Source: Candidatus Eiseniibacteriota bacterium (GTDB lineage Bacteria > Eisenbacteria > RBG-16-71-46). From it: a stretch of DNA of 17,579 nt. Made by a program: the position numbers and the translations under genes. Positions 16,225 to 17,579 of this stretch are shown here, in pieces (position 1 is the stretch's first letter; every line of letters starts with the position of its first letter). The stretch is from positions 1 through 17,579 of the forward strand of contig JANLOX010000287.1 of assembly GCA_031366795.1 (NCBI GenBank), given 5' to 3'. The notes under the pieces were generated by a model. It made no database searches, was not told the DNA's origin, and saw nothing but the letters and a program-made list of their open reading frames with translations.

Positions 16225-17358
16225 ATGGCGCGCAAGCCCCCGGCGACACCGGCGCAACAGCCCACAGGCACAGCCGCGGCCACGCCGCCGAACGCCGCGC
16301 AACGTGGCGTCACCGCCGTCCTCACGCGCGCCGGTGTGCCACTGCTGTTCCTCTTGCTGTGCCTGTTTGGTGCCTGGGCGGCGCAGATCACGCCGGGGTT
16401 CCTGCTGCGCGAGTTGATGGCGCGCTTCGCCCGCAACGCCATCCTCGTGCTGTCGCTGTTGATCCCGATTCTCGCCGGGCTCGGGCTCAACTTCGGCATC
16501 GTGATCGGTGCGATGGCCGGGCAGATCGCGGCGATCTTCGTCACCTACTGGGGCGTCAAGGGCATCGCGGGCTTCGCGCTGGCGTTGGCGCTGGCAGCCC
16601 CGCTGGCGATCCTGTTCGGCACACTGACGGGGCTGCTGTTCAACCGCTCACGCGGCCGCGAGATGGTGACCGGGCTGATCGCCGGGTTCTTCGCCAACGG
16701 CGTCTACCAGATCGTGTTCCTGTTCGCGTTGGGCTCGGTGATCCCGTTCCGCGCGCCGCTGCTGTTGCTGCCGCAGGGCTTCGGGCTGCGCAACACCATT
16801 GACCTCGACGGCCTGCAGTACGCGGTCGACGACCTCGTGCCGTGGAAGTTGATGATCGAGGGCCAGCACCTGCGCGTGCCACTCGTGCCGTTCATCGCCA
16901 TCGGGCTGTTCTGCCTGGTCAATCTGGTGTTCCAGCGCACCAAGCTCGGGCAGGAGTTCCGCGCCATGGGGCAGGACCCGCACGTCGCCGCCACCGCCGG
17001 CATCAACGTGGACCGCAACCGCATCATCGCTACGGTGATCTCGACGGTGTTCGCGGCGTGGGGCCAACTGTTCTTCCTGCAGAACCTGGGCACGCTCAAC
17101 ACCTACAGCTCGCACGAGCAGGTCGGCATGTTCTCGATCGCGGCGCTACTGGTCTCGGGTGCTACCGTATCGCGCGCGACCGTGGGCCAGGCATTGATCG
17201 GCACGCTGCTATTCCACACGCTGTTCGTGGTGTCACCGCTCGCGGGTAAGGCGCTGTTGGGCGACGCGCAGATCGGCGAGTTCTTCCGCGTGTTCGTGGC
17301 CTACGCCGTGATCACCGTGGCGCTGGTGCTGCACGCGTGGCAGAAGCGGCGGCGTTAG
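16225..17358 (+). CDS. ABC transporter permease (BPD_transp_2/RbsC-like), second subunit
   Basis: ATG directly abuts the previous TAG. Multiple TM helices, GLGLNFGIVIG, RTKLGQEFRAMGQDPHVAATAGINVDR. It is paralogous to the preceding permease. Confidence 0.93.
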   Translation: MARKPPATPAQQPTGTAAATPPNAAQRGVTAVLTRAGVPLLFLLLCLFGAWAAQITPGFLLRELMARFARNAILVLSLLIPILAGLGLNFGIVIGAMAGQIAAIFVTYWGVKGIAGFALALALAAPLAILFGTLTGLLFNRSRGREMVTGLIAGFFANGVYQIVFLFALGSVIPFRAPLLLLPQGFGLRNTIDLDGLQYAVDDLVPWKLMIEGQHLRVPLVPFIAIGLFCLVNLVFQRTKLGQEFRAMGQDPHVAATAGINVDRNRIIATVISTVFAAWGQLFFLQNLGTLNTYSSHEQVGMFSIAALLVSGATVSRATVGQALIGTLLFHTLFVVSPLAGKALLGDAQIGEFFRVFVAYAVITVALVLHAWQKRRR

Positions 17359-17368
17359 CCGAGCGCGA

Positions 17369-17578
17369 CTACTTGCTGACGAACTGGTCCTCGAGCTGCA
17401 GGTGATAGCCCTGAACGGCCTCGAACGTCGCGCGCGCCGCATCCACTGCGACTGCGGTCTCTGCCTCTGAGAACGGCAACGCATCGAGCCACGCCTTCAA
17501 CGCCACCAGCACGCCACGCGTCTGTTTGCCGTATTGCGCCAGGAACGATGCGCCGTGTTCGCGCGTCAGTCCCAAGTT
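17369..17578 (-). CDS. C-terminal fragment of a probable heme oxygenase-like protein (HemO/BphO type); 5' part lies outside the window
   Basis: The frame is open to the window edge. LGLTREHGASFLAQYG..T and AVDAARATFE resemble the C-terminal helices of bacterial biliverdin-producing heme oxygenases. The catalytic motifs are not visible. Confidence 0.6.
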   Translation of the reverse strand, partial: NLGLTREHGASFLAQYGKQTRGVLVALKAWLDALPFSEAETAVAVDAARATFEAVQGYHLQLEDQFVSK

Positions 17579-17579
17579 C

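Overview
GC-rich, densely coding chromosomal window from a diderm bacterium (it encodes a TonB-dependent receptor and lipoproteins). No mobile elements, rRNA/tRNA or CRISPR were seen. In order: the 3' part of a TonB-dependent receptor, followed by a secreted His-motif TPR-like protein (+); a 9-bp tandem repeat between convergent genes; a secreted Asp-box beta-propeller protein with a C-terminal motif+TM+basic sorting tail (-); a translationally coupled four-gene glycan-modification operon (ATP-grasp ligase, PHP hydrolase, GT4 glycosyltransferase, CE4-type deacetylase; -) directly downstream of mutY; a SirB1-family gene head-to-head with mutY with almost no intergenic space; a DipZ-like thioredoxin-fold lipoprotein that has lost its CxxC (-); a complete DUF3798-type ABC importer (binding lipoprotein, double ATPase, two permeases; +); and the 3' end of a probable heme oxygenase (-). 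The best leads for new biology are the CxxC-less DipZ-like lipoprotein, the ATP-grasp/PHP/GT4/deacetylase operon, the non-canonical C-terminal sorting signal, and the DUF3798 transporter with its structured leader. All family calls come from recognising motifs by eye, not from database searches.
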